DNA of 64,000 bases from Macrostomum lignano (taxonomy: Eukaryota). Shown here one piece after another: positions 37,320 through 50,612 of the stretch. Below the pieces are notes generated by a model, which was given only the letters and a program-made list of their open reading frames with translations, did no database searches and was not told the origin of the DNA. Location of the stretch: contig NIVC01002740.1 of NCBI GenBank assembly GCA_002269645.1, positions 62,001-126,000 on the forward strand. Direction: 5' to 3'. How positions within the stretch are numbered: position 1 is the first letter of the stretch; each line of letters starts with the position of its first letter. Position numbers and translations under genes: made by a program.

Positions 37320-39436
37320 ATGAGTCAATACAGTCAGCAGCGCGGCGTCCCCGCCTGCTCAGATATGCTCAAGGACCTGCCGTCCTACTGCAGCTCCAAT
37401 TTCAGCAACTATTCGCCTCAGAACCGTCTGCTGTCGGTAAGATGCTCTGTCTATCTTCTGTACTTATAAAACAACAGAAAGCGGATTGCTAAGTGCGCCC
37501 AATCCCATTCCTTTACAGACTCGAAAAGTCTCCGTGTACGTCTCCACTTCGCCTGAACGAAACGTTATTCGTAAGAATTGTTTTCATCTTTTATACCGAT
37601 TGTACTCCTTATACTAAAACCGTTTTAAACTAAATTTGATGGCCTAATTGGACTTTCTATTGTTTTAACTGCAGCCATTGTGAACGATCGACAGGGGCTT
37701 CTCGTTCACTTTCTTAATGCGGAGTCGCAACGGCAGGTGAGTCATCCTTATCTTTCTTAGTCACCGTCTCTGTCTTTAAAATTTTGCGCCAACTTCTATC
37801 CTTCCTTATCTTTCTACTCAGCCCTGTCTTTAATGTTTGCCGTCAGCTTCTATCCTCCCTTATCTTAACTACGCATCGCCTGTGTCTTTGAAGTTTTCCG
37901 CCAACTTCTATCCATCCTTATCTCATCTACTCACCGCCTCTGTCTTTAATGTTTGCCGCCAACTTCTATCCTCCCTTATTTCATCTACGCACCGCCTTTA
38001 TGTCTTTGAAGTGAGGTGGGGGCGGAGAAAGTTTTTCTTGGAAATTGGTTGTTTGAAATTAGTTGCTGACACCAGTGTGGTGGGGCGGATTCCACGCTTG
38101 AATTGCCGACGGCGTTGAGTTCGCACGAATAAATCCGGAAAATCGCGCAGACGAATCACAACGAATTACTTTCTCCTGTTTTACTCCGACAGCCGGGTTC
38201 TCAAGTCCGGGGGGGTTTTTCGTAATCGTAGCGGAGCGGTCGTTCAAATGATAAAACACCGGAGATTCTGACACCGTAATTTAATGCGTTGACTTGTCGA
38301 GCTTGTTACTTTCAGTAGGGTAGTTGCTGCCACCACCGTAATTTACGTAGTACGGAACGATTAAGTCTCGGAGCTTTCTTCGAGCTGAGAACTTGGGTTA
38401 TTTTACGCCCCGCGGGCAAATGACTCAAGAAATGCTATGGCTTAGGTTCACCGAATAAATATTAGATAGTTGAAGTTTTATTGGCTCATTAATTGATAGC
38501 AGGCTGGATAAATAGAATATTATATAAATAGTCGACCTTGACGCTACGCGAGAATAAGACGGGGCGCCGAGGCGTCAAGGAAAAACGCAAGAGAAAATTT
38601 ACAAAAGCTTAAAACAAGACAAGAAAAATATAAGCATGCAGAAAGGAAGGAAGAGCATGCAAAAACTAATCAAGGAGCATCGCATATATATGCAAGAGAT
38701 AAATGGTGAGGAAACCGTTGGAACAACGATTGGGCATAGGCGTGGAGGCAAAATTTCACGCAATGGACATGTCGCGGGACGGCTTTGAATACCTAGATAA
38801 AACAAAAATAACAGGCTTTCGTCCAGCGCTGGTTAGGCAAAAATTCACGGAGGTGGAGCACATAATTCAATGCCGGGAGTGACGACAATTCAAATAATGG
38901 AAAACACAAAATTTAAAACACTGGCATGCAAAAATAAAAAAATAAATAGTCCAATTATTACTCAGTGGCATCTCGCCGGCCACAGAAGTTTGCCGCCAAC
39001 TTCTATCCTCCCTTATTTCATCTACTCATCGCCTCTGTGTCTTTGAAGTTTATCGCTAGCTTCTATTCTCTCTTATATTTCTATTCACTGCCTTAGCTGT
39101 GTCTTTAAAGTTTGCCGCCAGCTTCTATCCTCCCTTATATTATAGTTTTTTTCTTTTTTGGTATTCATCCAGGCGGACTCCACCAAACCCAAGCAGACGT
39201 CGTCCTCTTCCTCGGACTCTGCTGCCACCGCTGCGGCCGCCCCAACCGCCCCAGCTGCTTCCGCCGCGGCCGCGCCAGCTGAGCAGGCGGCCGACGGCCC
39301 CACACAGCCAAAAGTGGCTCGTCTGGATGAAAGCGCTGCTGCGACAGCTCAGCAGGAGGCCCAGCAGCAGCAACATCCAAATGCAGACTCGGCCGCCGAC
39401 ATGCCATCCTCATCGTCGGGGGCTTCATCAGAGTGA
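37320..39436 (+). CDS. DDA1: DET1- and DDB1-associated protein 1; exons 37320-37436, 37519-37570, 37675-37736, 39173-39436 (about 164 aa)
   Basis: MLKDLPSYCSSNFS, RKVSVY, IVNDRQGLLVHFL and PKVARLD match remembered DDA1 motifs (FLKGLPVYNKSNFS, RRPSVY, IVTEKTNILLRYL, RKVARTD). Phases are consistent. Not present as a single ORF in the track. Confidence 0.85.
37745..39145. repeat. Degenerate tandem repeat of about 60 bp in DDA1 intron 3, interrupted by a solo LTR
   Basis: TTTGCCGCCAACTTCTATCCTCCCTTAT units on both sides of 38012-38984. Confidence 0.8.
38012..38984. mobile_element. Solo LTR (973 bp) in DDA1 intron 3
   Basis: TG...CA termini with a 4-bp TSD GAAG (38008-38011 and 38985-38988) splitting one repeat unit. 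Confidence 0.8.
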
Positions 39437-40039
39437 ACTGTTTGCCTCAGCTTCCAGCTAATATTACTACATATGAGAGCAGCTCTGGGCTAGTCAGGAC
39501 AGCCTTAATTAACTACCCAAAATTAAGGCTGATGGTTGCGGTGCTAGACTTTCAATTGTGTAGAATGTATGACATATTTGTATCTGCTGTTACTCATCAC
39601 TATGTTCAGCTATATTGAGCATATTTAGTCCCGTTCCAAAATGCCCTTTTATTGGCGCTGTAATAAATTCAGCATTGGCTGTTAAGTAGGTTTTCTACAT
39701 GTTATTAAGAGCTATTTAAATAGTCCAAAAATGCCTTCATCAGCGGTTTACATTGACAAATTTAAATGTCCTCAATTCAGTTCAGCTCAGTTTTGCATTC
39801 AATTTAATAAACCCCCAGCTTAAAAGTTCAATTGCGCATTATGCTCGCCTTTGCTGGTATTTTTTTCACACTGTTCCGTGTTTTTCATTATGATGACTTT
39901 ATATTAATTTATGAATTTTTTGTAGGCCTATTAGGGTCTGACTTGGCTTCTTGAATCTGTCACTCCGACACTCACTCACTCATTCAATCATTTTCACTGA
40001 TTTCTCAAGATTACATCAATCACTCATTCACCCAATCCC

Positions 40040-41075
40040 TAGGTTACTCAGTCTCAATCAGTCAGTCACTCAGTCTCAATCAGTCAGTCACTCAGTCTCA
40101 ATCAGTCAGTCACTCAGTCTCAATCATTCAGTCACTCAGTCTCAATCAGTCAGTCACTCAGTCTCAATCAGTCAGTCACTCAGTCTCAATCAGTCAGTCA
40201 CTCAGTCTCAATCAGTCAGTCACTCAGTCTCATTCAGTCAGTCAGTCAGTGACTCAGTCTCAATCAATCAGTCAGTCAGTCACTCAGTCTCAATCAATCT
40301 GTCAGTCAGTCACTCAGTCTCAATCAATCAGTCAGTCAATCAATCAGTCAGTCAGTCAATCAATCAGTCAGTCTCAATCAATCAGTCAGTCAGTCACTCA
40401 GTCTCAATCAATCTGTCAGTCAGTCACTCAGTCTCAATCAATCAGTCAGTCAGTCTCAATCAATCAGTCAGTCAGTCACTCAGTCTCAATCAATCAGTCA
40501 GTCAGTCACTCAGTCTCAATCAATCTGTCAGTCACTCAGTCTCAATCAATCAGTCAGTCAGTCTCAATCAATCATTCAGTCAGTCACTCAGTCTCAATCA
40601 GTCAGTCAGTCACTCAGTCTCAATCAGTCAGTCACTCAGTCTCAATCAATCAGTCACTCAGTCTCAATCAGTCAGTCACTCAGTCTCAATCAATCAGTCA
40701 CTCAGTCTCATTCAGTTAGTCACTCAGTCTTAATCAATCATTCAGTCAGTCACTCAGTCTCAATCATTCAGTCAGTCACTCAGTCTCAATCATTCAGTCA
40801 GTCACTCAGTCTCAATCAGTCAGTCAGTCAGTCTCAATCAGTCAGTCATTCAGTCTCAATCAATCAGTCACTCAGTCTCATTCAGTCAGTGACTCAGTCT
40901 CAATCAGTCAGTCACTCAGTCTCAATCAATCTGTCAGTCACTCAGTCTCAGTCAGTCAGTCACTCGTGCAGTCTCAATCAATCTGTCAGTCACTCAGTCT
41001 CAATCAGTCAGTCCTCAGTCTCAATCAGTCAGTCACTCAGTCTCAATCAGTCAGTCACTCAGTCTCAGTGAGTCA
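40040..41075. repeat. Complex (AGTC/AATC)n microsatellite between DDA1 and SHC
   Basis: Visible array. Confidence 0.95.
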
Positions 41076-41206
41076 GTGACTTGACCAATAACTTACTGTC
41101 GATAATTGTCACAACTCTGGCCGGTGCTTGACTCGAGCCTCATAGTAGTAAGTAGCGAGCTTATCCAGCTAAAATGAATATTTGAATAAAAGTCTACACG
41201 AATCCA

Positions 41207-44200
41207 ATGCAGCAGCAGCCGCAGCAGCATCAGCAGAGGCCGCCAGTGCCGACAAGGTTCGTCCACGCCGACACGAATCTGTCGCCGGACACTGGCGTCA
41301 CCTACGGCGTGCGCTACCTGGGCAACGTGCCTGTGCTGGCCAGCACCAGGTCGCTGAGTCCGGAGATCCGCAATCAGGTAAGACACTGTTAGGATATTGA
41401 TTGGGCGATTTTGGATTACAGTTGCTTGAAAATGAAATTTGATCACCAAAAGCCGCCTCGCCGTTTACGTCAATCCAGGTGACCCGCGCGGCCATCGCCA
41501 TGTGCTGCGAGGCGGACGGCGCCAACGCCGCTCGGTCTCGCCGCCCAGCCGGGCCGGCCGCTGCTCACCTTGGCGAGCGGCCGGTGCTGCAGTTCAGCGG
41601 CCGGGCGGCGCGCATCTGCATCAGCACCCGGTCAATCGCCGTGCTGGCCTCGGACACCCAGGAGACCATCGCGCATCACAATTTAATTAACGTCTCCTTC
41701 GCTAGCGGCGGCGACTCCGACACTGTTGACTGCGTAGCCTACGTTGCTAAGGACTCGTTGCTAGGCCGGGCCTGTCACGTGATTGAATGCCCGGACGGCC
41801 TGGCGGCGGAGGTCGTTTCAACAATTGGCCAGGCGTTCGAGTTGCGTTATAGGGGCGCCTTTGGCGGGGTGGAGCAGCAGCAGCAGCAGCAGCCACCCGT
41901 TTCCACTTCGCAGTACGTCGAGCTTCGTCGCAGCGACGACCCGGCTTTGGCCGTCGCAGCCGCGGAGGTGCCAGTCGGCAACTTGTTGAATCTAGAAGAC
42001 GACACCGGCGGCAGCAGTCAGTTTAACGACAGCCAGTCGAGCGGTGCAGCAAGCAACGTAGCGTCGCCTGGCATCAATGGTTTGTTGAATTCTACTACTT
42101 GCAGTAGGATGTAGCTGATGTTTTTTCTATGCATTAGTTTGCTGGGGAGCTGTCACAGTGCCGCTAAGTCAAGCCGACAGTCGAACCGCAGCCAGCGAGG
42201 AGACAAGCATTTGGCACACATAAGACACCCGAATTGGCACACCTGCGACGCTAATTGGCACACATAAGACACCCGAATTGGCACACCTGAGACGCTAATT
42301 GACAAACCTAATACAGTTACTCGTATTGACACCTGAGACACTACCCAAGTAAAAAATCAGTTTTATTAGCGTTCAGAAAACGTTTTCGGACTCATAACGT
42401 TGTCAAAAAGTTTTTCTCTGAGCTTTAAAAACGTTCAGAATGTCCTAAAAAACGTTAATTTGGACGAACTGGCAACGTTCTGGAACGTTTTCCTGAAAAC
42501 GGTTATTAAGGAACAGTTCTTATTCAGCTTTCTAAGACAACTTTGCCTTAAGTCAAGCATTTAGTTAATAACAGTTCCTCGCGGAATGTTAAATATTGTA
42601 AGATTAGCATGAATTACTTGACTGAATTGACTGAAAGACAGCAGCAATGAATTCGAGAACTTTCATTAGATTTTTTACAATTTAAATGACCAGTTACTGT
42701 TCATTTACAACTTACCACTTAAAAGTTGAACGTCTCGACAACCGTCTCTGCTGCAGTTGACCGCTTGCGCGTCTCAAAATCGGGCGATTCAAATGCCACC
42801 GCTGATGGCAATTGAATCTTCAAAAAAAAACAGCTCGGTCTCGTTTCCTTGACAGGTAGCAACGCACGGTTCTCTCGCGTTTTTGTCCCTGTGATCCGCA
42901 TGATTTCGCTCATGCCATGACCAGCGTCATGTAGATCGGCAATCCGTGTCACCCTAATGCAGTGATTCGTGTACTGACGCAAAAGTTTGCATTGCTTGCT
43001 CAGGCGCTGCATAAAAGAATTAAACCAATTTATTCCACGGCGTAAACTATCCGTCACCTTGTCATTCGGCAGTGGCCTGCGAAACAGAAAATCTTCTTTT
43101 TAATCCATGGGAAGCAGTGCAATGTACTTCTTGACTAGGTGTGCTCTTGGCCGTGCTTACCAAAAACATGCAAAAAGGTAAATGGACTTCTTTCTGCAGC
43201 ACAAGATCGCCGTCTTCAATAGCCTCAAACTGCTTAATTGAGCCACCAGGGTTATAAAATTCTCTAACCTTATCTCTCAACATACGATTCGCACTTTTAA
43301 ACTGCTCGGATGCAGCTCGGATGCAGATTCCAGCTCCGATGCAGATTCCAGCTCCGATGCAGATTCCAGCTCGGATGCATACTAGACTAGCTGGAGAATA
43401 AAATAAAGGTCCGTAATGGAGGTCCGCGGCGTCTATATATACGGACCTTACTAAAAATTCGAACCTTAACGTCCAAAACTAGAGGTCCACTGCAGGTTCA
43501 AATTTATCGTCCACGTTTATACATATGGACCTTAATGTCCGAAATTTGAGGTCCCCATCCGTATTTTTGCTGTGTAGCGTACATCAAAAGAGCACGATTA
43601 ACCCACTATCAAAATATTGTATTATAGATTTTGCACAATAATTAGACATCAGGCTTTGCGCATGAAATACCCACGGCTTATCAATAACCATATAGTAAGT
43701 TGTGTAAAGAAAGGAAGTCAGGCATCAGGTAACGACAACTGTTTTCATTATCATTATGTATTGATGGTTTTAATGCAAAAAACAATGCCAAACTACAAAA
43801 CAGTAAGCAACTAACGCAACAAAAATACTATATATTACATAATATACTTTAACTAATACTTTAAATAAAAGATTGACCATTTCCTTTGAACTACGCGTGT
43901 TACAATGAATGCACTACCATATAGTGCAAAAAGTTCAAATGTGTACTGAGCTTTGTAGTGCTAATGGTCGCTAGACGCAACAAAAATACTATGTTGAGCA
44001 ATACCAATATTAATTTAAATTAAAGATAGCCATTTCTTTTGAACAAAAGTTTAAATGAGAAGTTATAATGATAAAACCGTTTAACAGACTAAGACGCCCT
44101 TGGTAAATGTCCCAATGTACCCCAAAACAAATAGGCCCCGGTCATAGCTGCCTACCGGATTTCCTACCATATATATTTCGGGAGCACGAGAAATGCCCGC

Positions 44201-47200
44201 AGACGAATTGCCCGCCGAGATTTGCCCGCAGGAGATTTGCCCGTGGAGATTTGCCCGTGGAGATTTGCCCGTGGAGATTTGCCCGCCGAGAATTGCCCGC
44301 CGAGATTTGCCCGAAGTGCAATTTGCCCGTGGAGATTTGCCCGCCGAGAATTGCCCGCCGAGATTTGCCCGAAGTGCAATTTGCCCGCGAGCGAGTTGCC
44401 CGCCGAGTTTTTTCCCGCTGAGGTTTGCCCGCAATGCTTTTTCCTGCAGCGCATTTGGCAGCTAGATTCTGTCTGCATTGCCCCCCCCCATCAGCACATC
44501 AGCACGGCCTTTGTCAATTTGGGATGCTGACGGAAACTCGGGAAAACTCTTCTGATTCATCAGAAGTCATCGTTTCTAAGGGACCATAAATAGGATAGTG
44601 CGCGCAAACCTCAGAAAAGTTTCGACTACCAGAAAAATACGAAAACTAGGTTTTCGTGACATCTAAACTACATAAATTGTATTTGTAATGAAAACAATAA
44701 ATTATTCAAAAATAGCGATGCCCTTCCAAGAAACAAGTTAAAACAATATTATAGTGTTAGTTTAATTTAATTTTTTTAATTAACTAATACGCTCGTATTT
44801 GCTAACAAGCAGAGACAAGCAACAGCTTGAAAAAAATGTTTACTTTTGAGAAAACATACTCTTTTTGGATTTGGTAACCGATTTTTTTTATAAATTAGGT
44901 GGTAGGTATATACTCAACAGTTTTCTCTAGGAAAAAAAACAATGCAGTACATCTGTAAATAAGTAGAATATGATTTTTTGTCCCAAAGACCACTACATTT
45001 TACAACATTCACTATTGTGCTTTTTCATGTGTAGGAATACAAGGATTCACCGTCTTTGAAATACTGACATAAAACCAAGTTTTTTACTTCCGTTCCATCC
45101 ATGAAAATGTCATTGATAGAAAAAAGTTTGAGCTGTTATGTCTAAGAAGAAACAGCTTTGTAGAAATAAGCCGATCACTTGTTTAATAAAAACTATAGTT
45201 ACAATGAATACCCGAAACTTAAATAAAATTCTTAAAGGCATCAGCACTGCAGGGACTTAGTGGACCAAAGCTGAAAAAATCAGCTGACAAATGATTTAAA
45301 GCATGAACATTTTGGGTGGTGAAACTATGTCTAGCGGGTGTATTATTAAAGTTAGGAAGATACGGGTTATTGTTGTTTTGTTGTTAGTTTTAAAAAAATA
45401 ACAATTTGTGGAATTGTTGATGAGGATTCACTAAGCTGTAGTTCGGTGTTTGGGCATGTAAAGTTTTGGACTTAGATTTTTTCATTTAATCGTTCATGCT
45501 TGTTTTAAGACATTGTTGTTTATTATCGATTTTGACTGCTATTGAAATAACTGCCTTCAACAGTGAGTTGGCATAATTATAAAGCACGTGGTTGCTTTGG
45601 ATTTTCTCATTGTGGAAAACTACTTGAAGTGCCGTATGTAGCAGAAGAAAGACTTAATCTCTGATAACCCTCGAGGCTTTCTTGAAAATTCCGGTACCAT
45701 TTGGTCTGAATCCAAATTGTTTAAGTGTTCAATAAGAGTTTATAACATCAACAATCTGATGCATTACACTTTCCTTTGCCTGGTTTTCCATGGATCCAAA
45801 CAAAAAGTAAGCGGCGCATACACTTAAATTTAGGCATTGCATTGGATCACTTGGAAATGATTCAATTATATCTTGTCAGAGTTCCAAAATGGGCTGCTTC
45901 GAACATGATGCTCCTTACCTAACTTTTGGCGAAATGCTTTATTTTTCTTTGGATTTCCATGATCAATAAAAACATTGATCGAGAAGTCTGACCATTGTCC
46001 AGAAATAGTACATTAGTCCAATAGTACAATAGTACAACTTGAATAACCATTGTGACCTTTAGTACATTTAATTAACATAGGACTTCGCAGGAAGATCAGC
46101 AGTTATGAATTGGAGTGAAATTTTACAATTTGATCATAAAATTGAAATCCATTTTTTAATTTCCAAAATTCAGCAACAATATCTTTCAAATAAATTGATA
46201 GGTCAGGTATTCCAATGCCATAAAAATTACGATCACAAAACAACAATTTTTTTTAAAGTAAAAATTGCTTGTTTTTACCTTTTAAAGAGGCTAATTCCCT
46301 CCACGATAATGAAAAGTTGCACATGGTTAATAAAAAGCTAAATTTTCGACCAAGTATATGAATACTTAGTAATGATTCAATGCCAACGCATATACATATA
46401 TATTATTATAATATATACTAGTATAAATATATACGAGATATATACGAGTTATTATATACGAGTATATTGGCATTGATTAAAAAGTTGAGGACTGCTTGGA
46501 ATTAATTTATTTGAATCCAGCAGTTTCTGCAGTTTGAGGGAGTTTCTTACTCAATATATTGTTTCTTTAATAACGGGAGTAATTATGTTATATTCTGCTT
46601 AGGTATATTTGATCAAAGATCTTCTAGAAAGCTTTGTTTTTTATAAACTCTTCATCTTCAAATTCATTATTAATATCAGAATCCAAACAAGTGAGTACGA
46701 ATACTAAAAATGAAAATATATTTTATAATAAGGTTAAAAGGATTGAATTATAATCGAATTACATTTTGAGTAATGTCTGGGTATATTTTTCGTTGCTTGT
46801 AACTATGATTAAAAGCAATTATAATTCAGTAATAGTTGCCTAAATTTAATATTTAGTAAAAGAAAGCTCAAAATGTAAATTAAAAAAACGGTTAAGCTAT
46901 TAAACTTTAATTTCTTTAAAGTTAAACCATTACATAAAGTGTAAAAAAAACAGTTCGTAACTTAGTTATTAAAAGCCACAGTGGCTAAAATAAAATAAGC
47001 ACAAGCAAAGCTTTAAGCCCAGGCTATATTGAAAATGAAGTTTAAATATTGAAAACTATATTGATATAGTTTTGTATTATAGAACTATACAAGCAATATA
47101 TTATAAAATATATTGTAAAATATATTAGCAAAACACTAAAGAATCTGCTGAATTATGTACAGTCCTACATGTATATGTACATGCCTATCCTATCGACTGA

Positions 47201-48948
47201 GTTGCTTGAACTTCTTGAAAACTGCAACTTAAAATAGGTATATCACCGCCAACATTGGCACTACTAACTGTACCACCACTACTTAAGCGTCTGGTAGCAG
47301 TATCTAAATCTATGCATTCTAAATCAGGAATGAATTTTTTCAAGGAACACAATTTATGTTTACGATTGCGACTCATACACACGACATACTATACCAGATT
47401 TTGCTTAAATAAACAATTCTAAATTCTTATCAGTAATATACGCAAGCAACTTCAGGATATCAAGTATAAACCATTGAAAAAACAATGAGCAAGGATGATA
47501 CACTGAGTAATATAGTAATAGACACATCAAGTCTGAACATAAAAACACTGAATTCGGGAGAGAGATTTTTCAAATAATTAAAGATGTATAACAAATATAA
47601 GTCAGTTAAATAAAGTGAAACATGCTTCTAAAAGCTCCTACTGTTAACGTCGCTTTCACTAACATGTTTAACTACTTTAATGATGATGATAAAGTGATGG
47701 CACACCTGAGACACCCGAATTGGCACATCCGAATTGGCACATCCGAATTGGCACATCTGAGACACCCGAATTGGCACATCCGAATTGGCACACCTGAGAC
47801 ACCCGAATTGGCACATCCGAATTGGCACATCCGAATTGGCACATCTGAGACACCCGAATTGGCACATCCGAATTGGCACACCTGAGACACCCGAATTGGC
47901 ACATCCGAATTGGCACATCTGAGACACCCGAATTGGCACACCTGAGACACCCGAATTGGCACATCCGAATTGGCACATCTGAGACACCCGAATTGGGACA
48001 TCCGAATTGGCGCATCTGAGACACCCGAATTGGCACATCCGAATTGGCACACCTGAGACACCCGAATTGGCACATCCGAATTGGCACATCTGAGACATCC
48101 GAATTGGCACATCCGAATTGGCACATCCGAATTGGCACACCTGAGACACCCGAATTGGCACACCTGAGACACCCGAATTGGCACATCTGAGACACCCGAA
48201 TTGGCACACCTGAGACACCCGAATTGGCACACCTGAGACACCCGAATTGGCACATCCGAATTGGCACATCTGAGACACCCGAATTGGCACATCTGAGACA
48301 CCCGAATTGGCATATCTGAAACATCCGAATTGGCACATCTGAGACACCCGAATTGGCACATCTGAGACACCCGAATTGGCACACCTGAGACACCCGAATT
48401 GGCACATCTGAAACATCCGAATTGGCACATCTGAGATACCCGGATTAGCGCAGTTAAAATCAAGTTCTAATACGAGGCCGCTACCTGCCTCGCCCCTTTT
48501 TGGATGTTTAAGGCAACGATGATGTCTAAGTTTTTTTCTACTTCCCAATCTTTCAGGCACCTCAGAGCCGCCCCCGCAGCTGCCGCCCCGACAGGCGGTG
48601 TCGCCAGCAGCATCGGCAATCAGCGGAGCCTCGGTCCCGGAGCCGGTGTCGCAGCCGTGGTACCACGGCCCCATCAGCCGGCAGCAGGCCGAACGGTTGC
48701 TGTCAGCCGCCGGCGATTTTCTTGTCCGAGCAGCCACCGGCCAGCCCGGCCAGTTTGTGCTGAGCGGCCGCCTGGCCGAGGGCCGCTGCAAGCACCTGCT
48801 ATTGGTTGATCCTGACGGCCGGGTTCGAACTCGGGACCGCGCGTTCGATAGTCTTGAACAGCTAGTTGCTTTCCACGTTGATAGCCGGTTGCCCATAGTT
48901 AGTGAGGACAGCGAGCTGGTCCTGTGCTGTCCTGTGTCCAGAGCTTAA
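41207..48948 (+). CDS. SHC1: SHC-family adaptor (PTB-CH1-SH2); exons 41207-41377, 41479-42079, 48557-48948 (about 387 aa)
   Basis: PTB motifs (GVTYGVRYLG, ISFASGGDSDT-like VSFASGGDSDTVDCVAYVAKD, RACHVIEC, STIGQAFELRY) and SH2 motifs (WYHGPISRQQAERLL, GDFLVR, KHLLLVDPDGRVRTRDRAF). Phases 0 and 1 match. Confidence 0.93.
42220..42340. repeat. Left part of the GAGACACCCGAATTGGCACA minisatellite in SHC intron 2
   Basis: Same unit and orientation as 47699-48445. Confidence 0.8.
42760..43150 (-). pseudogene. Crypton-like (DUF3504-type) tyrosine recombinase C-terminal remnant
   Basis: VKKYIALLP*..FLFRRP...GINWFNSFMQRLSKQCKL..YTNHCIRVTRIADLHDAG...IMRITG, then frameshifted TVRCYL. Contains the HxxR motif and a downstream Tyr. 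Confidence 0.7.
43400..43575. mobile_element. Possible right end of a CACAG-type (CMC) DNA transposon
   Basis: Ends TTTTTGCTGTG followed by TA, with clustered GGAC/GTCC subterminal motifs; no partner end was found. Confidence 0.4.
44200..44430. repeat. TTTGCCCG-based array of about 15-bp units, resembling transposon subterminal repeats
   Basis: Visible array. Confidence 0.8.
45600..46130 (-). pseudogene. CACTA/CMC-type transposase remnant, heavily frameshifted
   Basis: Minus-strand fragments LTADLPAKSY, KGHNGYSSC, DIIESFPSDPMQCLNL and VPEFSRKPRGLSE match the D-x-PA/GH-x-GY, D-x-MH and PxEFxRKPR motifs. Confidence 0.72.
47699..48445. repeat. 23-bp/14-bp composite minisatellite (GAGACACCCGAATTGGCACATCT) in SHC intron 2
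   Basis: Period of 23 measured at 48189 and 48212. Confidence 0.93.
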
Positions 48949-49224
48949 CCCCCTTCCCTCCTCATCCATGGCTTAACGTCGGCTGAATGGCTTATGCCTT
49001 GCCTGTCTGTCGATCGCTCTCGATGCCTTACTGTTGCGTCTCCTTAACAAAGTTAGGCTGCCATATAGCTTAACCAGTTTGCTCTGTTTCAGAGCTGTGT
49101 AGAAAGTTTTAATTAGAAGAAACAGTTACTTTGTTTACTAAAGCATGCGCACTTTTGCCCTGTCTTTTTTATATTAATCAACAATTTTAGCCAAAATATT
49201 ATTGCAATTTTAGTAAGAGAGGGA

Positions 49225-50612
49225 GAGAACAGCCAGTGTAAAAATAGGGTCACAGGAATGTACATTGGGGCAGAGAGGGAGAGAACAGCCAGTGTAAAAA
49301 TAGGGTCGCAGGAATGTATATTGGGGCAGAGAGGGAGAGAACAGTCAGTGTAAAAATAGGGTCGCAGGAATGTACATTGGGGCAGAGAGGGAGAGAACAG
49401 CCTGTGTAAGAATAGGGTCGCAGGAATGTATATTGGGGCAGAGGGAGAGAACAGCCAGTGTAAAAATAGGGTCGCAGGAATGTACATTGGGGCAGAGAGG
49501 GAGAGAACAGCCAGTGTAAGAATAGGGTCGCAGGAATGTATATTGGGGCAGAGAGGGAGAGAACAGTCAGTGTAAAAATAGGGTCGCTGGAATGTATATT
49601 GGGGCAGAGAGGGAGAGAACAGTCAGTGTAAAAATAGGGTCGCAGGAATGTACATTGGGGCAGAGAGGGAGAGAACAGCCTGTGTAAAAATAGGGTCGCA
49701 GGAATGTACATTGGGGCAGAGAGGGAGAGAACAGCCAGTGTAAAAATAGGGTCGCAGGAATGTACATTGGGGCAGAGAGGGAGAGAACAGCCAGTGTAAA
49801 AATAGGGTCGCAGGAATGTACATTGGGGCAGAGAGGGAGAGAACAGCCAGTGTAAAAATAGGGTCGCAGGAATGTACATTGGGGCAGAGAGGGAGAGAAC
49901 AGCCTGTGTAAAAATAGGGTCGCAGGAATGTACATTGGGGCAGAGAGGGAGAGAACAGCCAGTGTAAAAATAGGGTCGCAGGAATGTACATTGGGGCAGA
50001 GAGGGAGAGAACAGCCTGTGTAAAAATAGGGCCGCAGGAATGTACATTGGGGCAGAGAGGGAGAGAACAGCCAGTGTAAAAATAGGGTCGCAGGAATGTA
50101 CATTGGGGCAGAGAGGGAGAGAACAGCCAGTATAAAAATAGGGTCGCAGGAATGTACATTGGGGCAGAGAGGGAGAGAACAGCCAGTGTAAAAATAGGGT
50201 CGCAGGAATGTACATTGGGGCAGAGAGGGAGAGAACAGCCAGTGTAAAAATAGGGTCACAGAAATGTACATTGGGGCAGAGAGGGAGAGAACAGTCAGTG
50301 TAAAAATAGGGTCGCAGGAATGTACATTGGGGCAGAGAGGGAGAGAACAGTCAGTGTAAAAATAGGGTCGCGGGAATATACATTGGGGCAGAGAGGGAGA
50401 GAACAGCCAGTGTAAAAATAGGGTCGCAGGAATATACATTGGGGCAGAGAGGGAGAGAACAGTCAGTGTAAAAATAGGGTCGCGGGAATATACATTGGGG
50501 CAGAGAGGGAGAGAACAGCCAGTGTAAAAATAGGGTCGCAGGAATATACATTGGGGCAGAGAGGGAGAGAACAGTCAGTGTAAAAATAGGGTCGCAGGAA
50601 TATACATTGAGG
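49225..50612. repeat. 56-bp minisatellite downstream of SHC
   Basis: Period of 56 measured at 49742 and 49798. Confidence 0.95.
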
